DNA of 64,000 bases. It comes from Candidatus Spongiisociaceae bacterium (lineage in GTDB: Bacteria; Actinomycetota; Acidimicrobiia; Spongiisociales; Spongiisociaceae). Both the position numbers and the translations under genes were made by a program. Below, piece after piece: positions 31,495 to 43,513 of the stretch (position 1 is the first letter of the stretch; each line of letters begins with the position of its first letter). Where the stretch lies: positions 3,040,001 to 3,104,000 of the forward strand of contig CBDCOH010000002.1 in NCBI GenBank assembly GCA_965219685.1, in the 5' to 3' direction. The notes under the pieces are model-generated. The model did no database searches. It was given only the letters and a program-made list of their open reading frames with translations, and was not told the DNA's origin.

Positions 31495-32499
31495 TTAGGT
31501 GGGGTGGTCACCCCAGCGTTGGGCGCCGAGGTATTGGCCGGTTGCTAGGTCGTGGTCTTCGAGGGTTTCTATGAGGCGTTCGGTGGGACTGTTGGACCAG
31601 CCGAGCCGGTCTGCGGCTTGTGGGTCGGGGATGTGGGTGTCGGCGTACAGGGCTGCTCGGCAAGCCGCCCACCCGAGCGCTTCTGCCAGCCGTCCGGACG
31701 GTTCGGCACCGTGCCGTGCCGGTAGGGGCCGGGGATGCTCGAACCAGGCCGGAATGGTCTTCTCGTGCCAGACGCTGATCCAGTAGGCACCGGGTGGGGT
31801 GAGGAGGTGTTCGAAGTTGGCGCGGTGCGGCTGGAGCAGGCGGTCACACAGCTCGGAGATGTCATGTCCCCACGTTGTGGTACCGGGAACGGCTGCGAGG
31901 TGGATGAGCGCTCGGATCGAGTCTGCGACCACAGCATGGGCCGCTGCGCACGCCCACAACAGCGCGGTCGAGTACCGGTCGGGGTCTTTGGCCTGTTCTT
32001 GGCGGTTGCGGACAGCGCCGGCCAGGTAGCTGCGCAGCTGTGCCACGCCTGCGTCCACCGACCCGAGCATCGCGCGCGCCTCTCCCAGGGCGTTGGTGGC
32101 CGACACCATCGGCTTGTCCCAATCCACCCCTAGGGCCGGGCGGTCGGCGAGGACCTTCCCGTAGGAGGCCACGTGCCGTTCCATCGACGTTTCGATCCCT
32201 TCGGTACGGGTTTTCCACTCGGGCCGGTCAGTGACCAGCAGCTGTATCGGATATCCCGACGCTTCCTCAGCAGCCTCCCGCAGCGAGTCGGTCATGCTGT
32301 CGCGCTGGTCGTAGTCCAGGTCGTCGTAGACGGCGACGAGGTCGATGTCGCTTCGGGCGGTCTGTTCACCGCGAGCGACGGAGCCGAACAGCACCACCCG
32401 ACCAACACCAGCCTCCACCAGCACCTCCGCGGCCCGTTCCGCGTCGCGGAGCGACGGTGGCACTCCCGGCCCGGCCTTTCCGCGTTCAGAAACATTCAT
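31495..32499 (-). CDS. Minimal nucleotidyltransferase (MNT) fused to a HEPN-like domain
   Basis: VVLFGSVARG...SDIDL; helical C-terminal half with WGHDISEL. Confidence 0.75.
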   Translation of the reverse strand: MNVSERGKAGPGVPPSLRDAERAAEVLVEAGVGRVVLFGSVARGEQTARSDIDLVAVYDDLDYDQRDSMTDSLREAAEEASGYPIQLLVTDRPEWKTRTEGIETSMERHVASYGKVLADRPALGVDWDKPMVSATNALGEARAMLGSVDAGVAQLRSYLAGAVRNRQEQAKDPDRYSTALLWACAAAHAVVADSIRALIHLAAVPGTTTWGHDISELCDRLLQPHRANFEHLLTPPGAYWISVWHEKTIPAWFEHPRPLPARHGAEPSGRLAEALGWAACRAALYADTHIPDPQAADRLGWSNSPTERLIETLEDHDLATGQYLGAQRWGDHPT

Positions 32500-32823
32500 C
32501 CCGACACTTCCTCCCTTCCCTTACTTCATCCGCAGACCAGGCTGCCCCCGGCTCCTACGCACGTTCCACCCCGTGGCCTGGACCGGTCTGGTATCGCGCC
32601 CTCTGTTCCGCCGGTTGGGTCAACTCCCGGGTTTCGCATTGTTGCGGTAGAGCTATCCGCAAGACCCCCGATCCCGGCTCGCGAACGGATCAAAGCCCGA
32701 ACCGACCGGTCCGCCCGTACGGGCTGGTGCTCAGTTGCAACGAGCGGGACGGCCCGCTCCGGGAACGACTGCCTGCCTGCAGGATCTGTCCGGTCCTGTC
32801 GGTGTTCGCGGCACCTACAGCCG

Positions 32824-35157
32824 TTACTGTGCCCATCGGACTCCTTCGGGGGCTGGTATCAGGCCCCTTTGGCCCCAGCATGCTGCTTGGCCGTCTGTTC
32901 TTATTCCGCAGGATGTGTGGGTGAACAGGGTGAGGGAGCTGAATTCGCTTCCGGGTGGTTCTGTTTGTCCGTGGTCGTTGGGTCCCCAGCACGCGACGGT
33001 GCCGTCTGTTCGTATCCCACAGGAGTGCGTTCCGTCTTGGACGCTGACAGCCACGGCGGTGAACCGCCCGTCGGGTGCGTCTAGGTTCCCTTGATGGTCG
33101 TAGCCCCAGCATGCGATCGAGCCGTCGGTGCGGAGCCCGCAGATGTGGTCGTAGCCGCCCGAGAGGGCGGTGAACTGCCCGTCTGGTGCTTGGGTGTAGC
33201 GGCCCCAGCACGAGGCGGTGCGGTCGCTGCTGATGCCGCAGGTGTAGTCAACCCCGACGGCTACGGCGGTGTATTGGCTGTCGGGTGCGGCCAACGCTGC
33301 GGCGGGTGCTTGGTCACCCCAGCATGTGACAGCCCGGTCCGCTCGGATGGCGCAGGAGTGGGTGATGCCGGTGGCGAGGGTCGTGTATTGCCCGTCGGGT
33401 ACGTTCAGCTGTGCTTGGTCGTTCCGGCCCCAGCACACGATTCCACCGTCCTCCCGGAGTCCACATGAGTGTTGCGCCGAGGCCGACACCGTAGCGAACC
33501 GGCCGTCGGGTGGGTCGGACTGGCCTTCGTCGTTGTCTCCCCAGCACACGACCGTGGCGTCCGTGCGGAGTGCGCAGGTGTGTCCCCGTCCGGCGGTGAT
33601 GGACGTGAACCGTCCGTCGGGTACGTCGAGCTGGTCGGTTGTTCCTCCCCAGCAGGAGACAGTGCCGTCCGCTCGCAGACCACACAGATGGTGGAGCCCA
33701 CCGACCACCGAGGCGAACGCGCCGTCGCCTATTCGCCCGCCCCAGCAGACAACGGTGCCGTCCTCCCCCAACCCACACGTATGGAAGGGTCCTGTGGCTA
33801 TAGCAGCGAAGGTTCCGTCGGGAGCGTCGAGCTGTCCGTGGTCGTTCCCGCCCCAGCAGACGATGGTGCCGTCCTCCCGCAGGCCGCAGGAGTGGGCCGC
33901 CCCGGCGGTGACCGCCGCGAAGGAACCGTCGGGAGGGTCGGACTGCCCGTCTGTGTTACGGCCCCAACACTGGACGGTGCCATCCGCCCGCAGCCCACAC
34001 GTATGGAGGGGTCCCGCGGCTATGGCGGTGAAGGTCCCGTCGGGAGCGTCGCGCTGCCCGGCGAGGTCGTTGTCGCCCCAGCAGACAACCGTGCCGTCCT
34101 CCCGCAGCGCACACGTGTGGGCAGAACCGGCGGTGACCGCAGCGAAGGCTCCGTCGGGAGGGTCGGACTGCCCGTACTGGTTCCAACCCCAACACTCAAC
34201 CATCCCGTCCGCCCGGAGCCCGCACGAATGCCCGAACCCGGCTGTGATAGCAGTGAAGGTTCCGTCGGGTGCGTCGAGTTGTCCGTATTGGTTCCAGCCC
34301 CAGCACTGGGCGGTGCCGTCGGCCCGGAGTCCGCACGAATGCGCGAGCAAGGCGGCAAGGTCTGTGAACTTCCCATCGGGTGGATCCGCCTGACCCCAGG
34401 TGTCGAAACCCCAGCAGACCACAGAGCGGTCGGCTCTTAGCGCGCAGCTGTGGTCCGTGCCGGCTGCGATCTTGGTGAACCCCCCGCTGGGTGGGGTTGT
34501 CTCATCCGCGTCGGGTAGTAGGCCGAATGCTCTGGCTAGGAACGTGGCCATCTGAGCCCGGGTCGTCGCCTGGCCGGGGCAGAAACGGAGAGGGTCGGTG
34601 GCGCAGCCCACCGTGACTCCCGCCGCGGCCAACGCGTCGATGTTGGCCTCGTGAGTGTTACTGGCCGTGTCCGCGAACCCCGCCGGACCTGCGGGGTCGA
34701 GACCGACCGCCCGGACCAGGAACGTGGCCATCTGAGCGCGGGTCACGACCTGGTGGGGGCAGAACCGCAGCGGCTCCCGGGCGCAGCCCAAGGTGACCTC
34801 CAGGTCCGCGAGCCGCTCCACATAGGGTGTCCACCACTCGTCGGTGTCCACATCGGCGAAGCGTGTTCCCGCCTCGCTGGTTGGAGACTCGCCCAACGCT
34901 CGGACCAGCCACACCGCCATCACCCAACGGCGGATCGGATCTCCCGGACAGAACAGGCCCTCCCCACACTCGGTACCTGCCAGCACCCCCGCATTGGCCA
35001 GAGCATCGATCGCCGGCTCATGCACCGACCCGTCATCGTCACCAAACCAACCCGCCGCCGACACACTCACAGCCAGCACCACCAGCAGCATCACCGCCGT
35101 ACCCAACAGCATCCACACACCGACACGGCCACGAGCCACGCAACCATTCACAGACAT
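32824..35157 (-). CDS. Secreted SLH x3 + about 14 RCC1-like repeat protein (intact)
   Basis: Signal peptide, three SLH repeats, HSCGLRADGT..CWG repeats. Confidence 0.92.
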   Translation of the reverse strand: MSVNGCVARGRVGVWMLLGTAVMLLVVLAVSVSAAGWFGDDDGSVHEPAIDALANAGVLAGTECGEGLFCPGDPIRRWVMAVWLVRALGESPTSEAGTRFADVDTDEWWTPYVERLADLEVTLGCAREPLRFCPHQVVTRAQMATFLVRAVGLDPAGPAGFADTASNTHEANIDALAAAGVTVGCATDPLRFCPGQATTRAQMATFLARAFGLLPDADETTPPSGGFTKIAAGTDHSCALRADRSVVCWGFDTWGQADPPDGKFTDLAALLAHSCGLRADGTAQCWGWNQYGQLDAPDGTFTAITAGFGHSCGLRADGMVECWGWNQYGQSDPPDGAFAAVTAGSAHTCALREDGTVVCWGDNDLAGQRDAPDGTFTAIAAGPLHTCGLRADGTVQCWGRNTDGQSDPPDGSFAAVTAGAAHSCGLREDGTIVCWGGNDHGQLDAPDGTFAAIATGPFHTCGLGEDGTVVCWGGRIGDGAFASVVGGLHHLCGLRADGTVSCWGGTTDQLDVPDGRFTSITAGRGHTCALRTDATVVCWGDNDEGQSDPPDGRFATVSASAQHSCGLREDGGIVCWGRNDQAQLNVPDGQYTTLATGITHSCAIRADRAVTCWGDQAPAAALAAPDSQYTAVAVGVDYTCGISSDRTASCWGRYTQAPDGQFTALSGGYDHICGLRTDGSIACWGYDHQGNLDAPDGRFTAVAVSVQDGTHSCGIRTDGTVACWGPNDHGQTEPPGSEFSSLTLFTHTSCGIRTDGQAACWGQRGLIPAPEGVRWAQ

Positions 35158-35324
35158 CTCTTGTCTCCCTAGATCAGCCATGTACCCATCTGAGTTCCCC
35201 CCGCCACCAGCGAAATCCCAACACTCACCCCGCCATAGTGCATAGTCGTTGTGATAGTCTCACGCTATGAGCATACCATCGGGGTTTGTGTCGCTACCCA
35301 GCATCGGCCGGTACAATCCGAGAG

Positions 35325-35789
35325 ATGGCAGACGGCACAGGATTAGGCACCCGAATCCGAGCCCGTCGTACCGCTTTAGGGCTAACCCTTGCCGAAGTAG
35401 CAGAACGCGCCGGCCTCTCGAACCAGTACATGTCCAACCTTGAAAACGGCCACCGCAGCCCCAGCCTCGCCGCGCTCCGCGCCATCGCCGCAGCCCTCGG
35501 CCAAACCGTCGCCGACCTGCTCGGCGACGGTGCGGACACGATGAACGTCGACCTGTTGGCAACAGCACTAGCCGACGCCCCCCAGTCGCTACTCACCTTC
35601 ACCCGATCCGAACACTTCCGAGACGCCGTCCACCGCCTCGCCGACGAACACCAGATCGACCCCCAAGACCTACACACCCGGCTCACCATCGGGATGGCCA
35701 TCGCCCCCCGACACTCAGGCGACATGCCCACAGACCACGACTGGCGTCGCCTCCTCGACGCCTACACCCTCATCCTCCGAGACGGATAA
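35325..35789 (+). CDS. XRE-family HTH regulator (paralog of 2130-2594)
   Basis: HTH_3 signature; only a few substitutions relative to the first copy. Confidence 0.9.
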   Translation: MADGTGLGTRIRARRTALGLTLAEVAERAGLSNQYMSNLENGHRSPSLAALRAIAAALGQTVADLLGDGADTMNVDLLATALADAPQSLLTFTRSEHFRDAVHRLADEHQIDPQDLHTRLTIGMAIAPRHSGDMPTDHDWRRLLDAYTLILRDG

Positions 35790-35818
35790 CCAAAGCCGAC
35801 CAGGACGGGGAAGCAGGC

Positions 35819-36238
35819 ATGACACCCACAGAAAGCCAGCGCAGCCGCCCAGAATCCGTCTACACCAAAGAGCCCGCACCCGGCGAGGTGATCATCCGGG
35901 ACCAGACCGGATACCGCGACGGCTACAGCGCCATGTACGACGGACCCGTCGCCGTGGCCCTGCCCGACGACGTGGCAGACCCGAACACTCCCAAAGCGTC
36001 CGGCATTGTCGAGCTGCCGCGCCATCTCGGACCGTCACCGCCGATCCCCTTCGACCTCGACAACTGGGTGGACCGCCGAGCCGTCTACGGCAGAGTCCTC
36101 GAAGACGGCACCCCAGACGACGTAAGCTGGTTCATCGACGTACACAAACTCGTAGAGATGTGGGACCGGATCATGCTGTCGGACTATGTCCTGTCGGTGT
36201 GGGAACCATGGCTACGAGACAACGGCTACCTGCGCTAG
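35819..36238 (+). CDS. Hypothetical antitoxin-like protein (paralog of 2624-3070)
   Basis: Nearly identical translation to the first copy. Confidence 0.55.
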   Translation: MTPTESQRSRPESVYTKEPAPGEVIIRDQTGYRDGYSAMYDGPVAVALPDDVADPNTPKASGIVELPRHLGPSPPIPFDLDNWVDRRAVYGRVLEDGTPDDVSWFIDVHKLVEMWDRIMLSDYVLSVWEPWLRDNGYLR

Positions 36239-37149
36239 AACAGTCAACTGGTCCGTCGTTGGTCCTGCATCACGAAAGGCGACAAGCGTCACCTCCACCT
36301 CCCGGACGCCCTCAAGAAGGAATGCAGAGTTGGCAACAGGTAATCAAGTCGCTTGGCATCGTCCCTTGCGTCGAGGTACGCGACGATGGTGTCGACGATC
36401 ATCGCCCAGCCCGGGTGAGTGTCGCCCTCTCAGCTAGAAGCGATCGGACTTCGCTGGTGTAGGGCCGCCTTTGTGACCCGATCACATCAAGGCCTCTGCA
36501 GGCCTCGATCTAGCTCGCTCGGTCACGGCCAACTCCGTTACCAACGGTCTGGCAGAATCCCAACCGAGGTGAGCCCCTGGCACGGTTGGTGCGGGTCCCT
36601 GACTATGTCCACCTTCCCGCGCGCTGTGGCGGCGGTGAGTTCAGCCGCTTCGTGGGTCAGGACTGTTCGGATCAGGTATTCCGTTACGTCCAAGTGAGGG
36701 TCTGTCGCTCCTCTCCTGTGCTGCAGGTCTCCAATCTCGACTATGGCCGCTGAGAACCTGGCCACTACCAGAACGGTGGCCACCCGTAAGAACACTATCC
36801 GCCCGCCGCGTCTCCTCTGAGAGGCACGCCCGGACGCTCCTTGCCCAGCCACCGTGACCCTGATGGCGATCACTGGCCACCCAGAAGAAACCTTCTCAGG
36901 TTGTCAGCGAGCCAGTCCCCATCCGTCGACCCAACAAGCCGTCGTCGCCCGCTTACGCCCGTCAATGGACAGTCGCACCGCGGACCCGTTCCCCTGAGAG
37001 GACATACGCAAGAACTCGCCTCGTGCTAGAACGCTCGTCTCGCTGGCATTAGGAAACGGGCTCCCTTGCGGAGAACGACGCAGTTTCGCCGTTGTCGGAA
37101 CCGCAGGCATCGCGGGTGTCTCCGCCGCTTCCTACCTCACCGGGTGGGC

Positions 37150-37563
37150 CTACCTGTAGTAGGCGTCGTCTGCGAGACGCTCCAGCAGATCCTCGTCCAC
37201 ATCGTCCCGATGCCACAACGGGCCTGCGCCCGACACGTCCGCTTCCAGCCTGACCCCACCAAACACGGCTACCACTTCGAGACGACCGCCCATGTTCTCG
37301 ACGAGGGCACGGAGAGTAGAAAGCATGTAGTCGTTGCCGTCCGGGTCATCACGCTCATCCAGACCCATACGCCCCTGGAGGCGCAAAGCCAGCCCCCCGA
37401 GCAGAGAGAAACGGAACCGCTCGATCTCCAAAGCGTTGTAATCGACCACCTCCGCCCAGGCATCGTTCTCCGCCTCGATACGTCCGCGACTCCACACCGC
37501 GTCCTGGCTCCGCCCGGTGCCGGCAACACGGTGCTGTGTCGGTGGTCCCTGTGTAGTCGTCAT
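37150..37563 (-). CDS. Degenerate HigA/XRE-type antitoxin-like protein
   Basis: LSTLRALVENMGGRLEVVAVF C-terminal signature; HTH not recognisable. Confidence 0.5.
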   Translation of the reverse strand: MTTTQGPPTQHRVAGTGRSQDAVWSRGRIEAENDAWAEVVDYNALEIERFRFSLLGGLALRLQGRMGLDERDDPDGNDYMLSTLRALVENMGGRLEVVAVFGGVRLEADVSGAGPLWHRDDVDEDLLERLADDAYYR

Positions 37564-37584
37564 GTCGTCTCTATCCGCTTGAAG

Positions 37585-37640
37585 GTGATCGCGATCACTG
37601 CCATTCCCCAGAGTTGATCAGCGAAACTCCCCACCCTGGG
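37585..37640 (+). mobile_element. IS21-type terminal repeat remnant
   Basis: ATTCCCCAGAGTTGATCAGCGAAACTCCCCACCC resembles 58443-58493. Confidence 0.65.
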
Positions 37641-38635
37641 TGAATTGGTGAGTCTAATGGTGGCGACCTTTCGGTCGCTGCCTGCGGTCGTCGGGTTGGT
37701 TGGCTAACTGCTGGTGGCGGTCGCCTGATCGGCTACACCACAACCTCTCAGCCCGATGATCCGGCTACCAACGGCGCAGGCGTCTCTTTTCGTGCGTTGC
37801 GTGCAGCGGCCAGAACGCTCTGCTGATCGCCAGCAGCGAGGACCATCTCCACCATCGCCCAATACCGGCGCGGCTGTTCTCCGTGCAGAGGGCGGGGTTC
37901 CGGTTCTGGGCCTGGAGGTGGGTGGTTGCCGTTGACGGTAGCTCGGGGAGGAGGACCGCTAACGGGTTCGGTGGAGCCGAACCCGGCGAGGATCCGCTCA
38001 GCGCCGGCTCGCTCGTCTGTGGGATCGCGGCCTCCTCTTCAGCGCGGTTCCGCGGGCGGAAGGCCGAGCAGGTGACCGAAAGGAAGGAGGGGCAGGGGGG
38101 CAGGGGCGAAGCGGCTGTCGACGCCGAGCGGCGAAACGCTGGCCGTGGCCAGCGGTGGTGAGGCAGAGAAGGGTGGTTCAGGGCGGAGTCCTTCACCTAG
38201 CGAGCTAAGAACTTCTTGGGCAGGGAGAAGTGCAGTCTGGTGGTACACCGCGGCCCTAAAGGGGACGCAATCGGTCCTCGGTCGTCGACAGGGTCAAGAG
38301 GCATAACCCTTCCGCTACCGCGCGGAACCGAAGGCGCACACGAGCCGACTGGCGTCGGCGGAACACACCGACGATGCGCATTCTTACAAGCTGACGGGCG
38401 AACCGAAACACGGACTCGGGTCAGGGTCGAACTCGTCGGTGGGAAGTAGACCATGCCGTACAAGCCCGTTTGAGGGATCAGTCATTGGGGATCTCCACTG
38501 GGTCTGGCCCTCGGCCAGCAGGTGAAAGAGTAGTCAACTGACTGCCAGCGTCGTCGAGGGGTGGTCGCCGGTGGCGAAACGCCTAATAACCGACGGTTTG
38601 GCGACTGCAGCGACAGTGGCCGACAGTAAATACAT

Positions 38636-38719
38636 GCGCGCGAGTAGGCGCGCGACGAGGCGCGCGAGTAGGCGCGCGACGAGGCGCGCGAGTAAGCGCG
38701 CGACGGGGCGCGCGACGTA
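38636..38719. repeat. 12-bp tandem repeat x7 (GCGCGCGA-NNNN)
   Basis: Units start at 38636, 38648, 38660, 38672, 38684, 38696, 38708. Confidence 0.9.
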
Positions 38720-38999
38720 GCGCTGCCTTCTCCTGAGTCGGAACAGCCGGGGCTAGGAGTGGGAGTGCCAGCGGCCGTCGAGGTCTCGAATCCAGCGGCT
38801 CGGCCTCGACCAGACTCCTGGGGTGTCCCGAGCATCGCCCCTGTGGAGGGGTCGGTGAATTCTGCCGCGGCGGACACGATCCCGCAGCTGGCCTCGTCCG
38901 TCTTTGGGGGATACGTCACCACTCCCATTCGAAGGCGACCACCACGGCCTCTATAGAAGCGCGAATCACCGTTCCTCGAGCCAGGTAGTCGAACTGGTT

Positions 39000-39650
39000 G
39001 GCGGTGAGCTGGCGAATGCTCCAACGCCGGGCAGGGTGTACACCGACAAGTCCGCAAGGCCCGGTGCCGACAATCGACCTACAGAATCACCGCAGACGCT
39101 CCCGCTTCGGCCAGATGCCTCAACGACGAGTGACACAACTGGTGGAGGGTCCAGCCGCTGTGTTTGCCGAACTCGGACGCGGCAGTGCGATAGGACAGCC
39201 GGGCCTCGCCGGTCGGCGTGTACAGGTCCCGCCGTGCCGCCACGGTACGGGTCTTCCACCGTGTCAGCGTCCGCCACCCTTGGAGCGGATCCGGGCCCTC
39301 CACCGGGTCCGGCCCAGGTCCTCCACAACGAGGACCAACGCCCTAGCCACGGTTCCGCGCAGCATCCACCACAGGGTCTTCTCCGCAGCGGCACACTGCG
39401 CCGGTTACACAGCGCCTAGAGATCCGCATACGGGATCACCCTGAAGTAATCCACTCTCCACCGACGGGACAGTAACCCCAGCCAGCAAACCGGCGTCCAA
39501 GGGCCAGCGCTGCTAACGCCAGGACACAAAGGCTCGGAAAGCGACTCGTTGGGTGTTCCACGTCGCAGGCGCGCAATCATCCCACCGCTCCCGGAAGACC
39601 GCCTCGACCGCGCCGGCGAGGGATGGCACGTGATGGAGGAGATCACCGTC
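39000..39650 (-). pseudogene. Tyrosine recombinase pseudogene
   Basis: APATWN....FRAFVSW and RLSYR...GWTLHQLCHSSL.HLAEAG in different frames. Confidence 0.7.
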
Positions 39651-41997
39651 TCCGGAGCAGCCAGGGAGGCTCCGAGGTGCAGCCAGCGCCGATACCACCC
39701 AAGGAGGAAGCCTTGTCGCGTAAAGGGTAACGGCGCGGGAGCATGCTCTAGCGCTGGAGCTTCGCCATCCGGACCGTATCGAAGGTATGAGGCTGTGGTC
39801 CACGACGACATCTGCACAACCGGTCTGCAAGTCAACCGTGGCGCGGCGGTTACGGGAATGGGCAGCCGTTTCCGTTCACGGGATAGCGCTCGCCCGTCAG
39901 CCATGTAGGAAAGGCTGGCGGATCCTGTGTGAATCAGCCGGGCATCCGTGTCCTCCTGTCCATACCGTGTAGGGCAAGTAATCATCGGATGTGAACGGTA
40001 AGGCAGGCAGAGGCCGACGGTTGGCAGCTTCAACTGCCCGACGAGCCACCCGTTCCCCCCGGAGCGCTAACACTGAGGAGGACCGGCGGAGCCAGACGCC
40101 CGCTGCTTCATCCGTTTGTCATACGGCACTGTTGAGCTACCCAAGCAGTGACATCGTTGCACTGACGTGCCGGGGGGCTGGCCAGGCAGCGAGAGCGGCG
40201 ATGTGTCATCCAACCATCCGACCCCGCTATCGGACTCGACTCGGGGTAATGCCATTGCTCCGGCGCCAGGTTGGCGGGTCTCCGAATGGCCGGTTTCGGG
40301 TGCCTCTCCGGACCGAGTGTGGTACTAGAAGTGGGACGTGTCCTCAGAATGTCGTTCGATGAGCCGATTTGGGTCGGTGTTCGGTACGGTCGGTATCGGA
40401 CAGTCCTTCCGCGGCACACTAAGACGAACACTGCGCCACCGGCCGGGTGTTGGCGATCCACTGTGGCATTAGAGCGGCAGTCACGATGCGGCCGAGACCA
40501 ACTTCGAGAGCATGAGTCGTACAACGAACGACGATAGAGGCCCAGCACATAGGACGCTCTCGGGTGTTGCAGGTGTGGCCCCATACCCTTAATCTGGGGC
40601 ACCGTCCGTTCAGGTGATCGACCGTCACGTCCACTGGACCGGCGGGTTCCGGGGGCTCGGTGGGTTCGCAACTGCTGCGTTGTCTTGATCACTGCGAGGC
40701 TACGCCGAGCCCAAACTCGGTCCTCGGACCCGCAGGACGGGTTCCCACAGGGCGCTCCAGCCACCAGTATTGAGTTGGGTCCAGACCCCCCCGGTTTCAG
40801 GGGGCACCCGGTTCATCGCAGCAGCCACCTAACAAACCGGGCACGCTCCTCCATGAGTGAGTCTCGCTGATCGGCAACATCGTGGAGTGGGACTGTGGAA
40901 TCTGGTAGTCGGGTGACCGACAAAGGAATGTCTCACTTCGTAGCGCGCTATAGGCACAAAGCGATTGTTCCATCGGGGCTACGGGACCGAGAAGCGCGCA
41001 CTGGCTACTTACTCCTGATTCAGTCGAGAGTGTCGTCTGCCGGTTCTGTGCAGGCAGGCGGTTTCGTTGTCCAGTATCCACCCCAGCAGAGCATTCAGCC
41101 TTTGGCTCCGCGCAGTTAGGTTGTTTCCCCGCCCGTAGGCCACGGCCTCGAAGACAGCCTCGCGTCTGCAGTGACGGATCGCTCCCACATCGCACCCGCA
41201 GCCGTCGGCCACGTTCCACTGAGCGTCGTGTTCGAAGCCGAGCCGGACTGCCCGGTCGGTGGCGAACTCGTCGATGACTGCGACCGACCCGCTATCGCCA
41301 CGGATCAGAACCGACCAGCCCCTATAGGTAAGCCCCCCAGGTGCCCGCTGGTAGGTGCCTTCAACCACTCACGGCTCCTCTAGCTATCGTCCCTCACGGC
41401 CCGGACTTCCTTCCAAGAGGGGTCAGTTCCCGATCCAGTTCGGCTAGGCAGCTATGTTCCCGAAGACGTGACTCGATGCTTCCGAGGCCGACTCGGACTT
41501 CGGCAATGTCGTTGGCGATGACTGAGAGGCGTTCCGCAATCAAACCAGCCAACGGACGATGACCGATGTCAGGTTCTCCATGCCAAAGAGATCCCGGCGG
41601 AGCTGCCGAGCACGAGTGAACGAGCGCGGCCAGGATCTCGCCGCCGTACGCGAGTTGTCGAGCACTCTTGCCGGTTCCGCTCTCCGCGGAACCTTCGCAG
41701 GTCTTGCGAACCTTACTTGCAGCCCGGAGCCACTTGCTCAAACTCGCCAGTCCTCTCATCTGTGCGACCGACGGAACATAGCACGTTTGGGTTACGTGTT
41801 GAAACGACCGGTTAGGGACATAGGGCACGGAACAGAACGTTGCGTCAACCGTCCGCCACATCGTCGCTGCCATAGACTCAGACTGCCTGACATCCAATAC
41901 AGGTTTCCCGGGTGAAGGGCAACTGTTCCAAGTCACAACACCACACCTATAAGGGCGAGATCGACGTGCCCGGGGCGGTTCATGGTTGGGTTAGAGT

Positions 41998-43513
41998 TAG
42001 ACACCCCAGGCGGCAAATGTCAAGCTGCGGCTTGGTCGGCAAATGTCAAGCTGCGGCTTGGTCGAGGGTGGTGCGGTGGGCCCAGGTAGTGTGTTCGTCA
42101 TAGGTGGTTCGGTGTTTGAGACAGCCGTGGAGGATACCCACGAGCCGGTTGGCGAGGGCTCGGAGTGCTTGGTGGTGGAGGTCGCCGGCGGCTCGGCGTT
42201 GGTCGTAGAACGCTCGGGCGCCTGGACTTCGGGTTAGGGAACAGAATGCCCATTGGTCGAGGGCGTCGTAGAGGCGCCGGTTGCGGACGTGGCGGGCCAT
42301 AACGGTGTGTTTGCGGCCTGACGCGATGGTGATGGGCGACGTGCCGGCATAGTTCCTGGGTGACTTGGCGCTGGTGTAGCGTTGGGGGTCGTCCCCGGAC
42401 TCTCTGCGAGCGCCCGGGCGCCGAGCACGGTACCGAGTCCTGGCTGGGAGTGGTAGATGACGGCGTCCGGGTGCTCCTCAAAGCGGGTTTCCAGGGTTGC
42501 TTCGAGGTCTGTGAACTGGCGGTTGGTTTCCGCAATGACGCTCACCAGCGCCCCCACAGTGGCCCCGTGTGCGTCGGTGACCCGCCCAGGAGCGGCGAGT
42601 TGGCGGGTGCGGAGCCCTTTTTGTATTCGACGGGCAGCCGTATCGAGGGTGCGGCGTCGGCCGGCGGCGCGGAGCGCGGCCCTAATCTGGGTGACGGTCA
42701 GGCGGGCACCCCGGGTGGGGGTGGTTGCCCGACCCAGCACGGCGACGGTGTCGCGATTAGCCCGCTCATCGAAGGTTTCGAGGGCTGCGGGGTAGTACTC
42801 GCGCAGGGCGTTGCGGATCTGGTTGGTGTGACGCACCCGAGCCCAGATCAGGTTCTGATGCGTCCTAGCCAGGACTTTGATCCCTTCGGCTTCGGGGCTA
42901 TCACCGGCAACCCGACGATGGTTGTGCCGGTCGGTGCGTACTAGGTCGGCTAACACCTTGGCGTCGCCACGGTCTGATTTGGCCCCACCCTGGCTATGAC
43001 GGGTCCCGGTAACGCGAAACTGCCATCGGGTTGATCGCATACACCTGATAACCCGCCCCGACCAGAGCACCGACCCACAAACCACGGTCACACTCGATGC
43101 CCACCACCACCTCGGACGGATCCGATACGTGCTCGCCGATCATCTCATGCAACTGGGCCACACCTGCCAGACCTTCTGGTAGCCGCCGAGCGGCCAACGG
43201 AACTCCGGACTCGTCCATGAGACACACATCATGATGTCCCTCAGCCCAGTCATCACCCACAAAGATCATCCTTGCCTCCTCCATAGACGGATCACTCTCG
43301 AGCTGTGGAGGAAACGCCTGGCGGCGACCTAGCAGATCAGTGCTCTTCGCGGCACGCCACCCCATGAGCGCTACAAGCAGCCCTCACTCACCGGCCGGAG
43401 CACGATCTATCAACAGGAATCAGAGTTCCAGGAGCTTGGAGTACTCACCGGCCAGCCAGCTCAACCACCACACCCTCCCAGATGAACCAGAAGAAGTGGT
43501 GGACCCCCATTAG
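41998..43513 (-). mobile_element. IS110 element D1 (frameshifted recombinase 42046-43269)
   Basis: GDDWAE.HHD, AKSDRGDA, ASG, RNRRL motifs; CTA core at both ends; inverted twin of D2. Confidence 0.9.

Noticed and set aside
36240-41990. Intact prophage or integrative element
   Set aside because: Only degraded recombinase, antitoxin and IS scraps; no structural, replication or conjugation genes recognisable.
42012-42063. 26-bp tandem duplication in the D1 right end
   Set aside because: Only two units and absent from D2; likely slippage or an assembly artefact.
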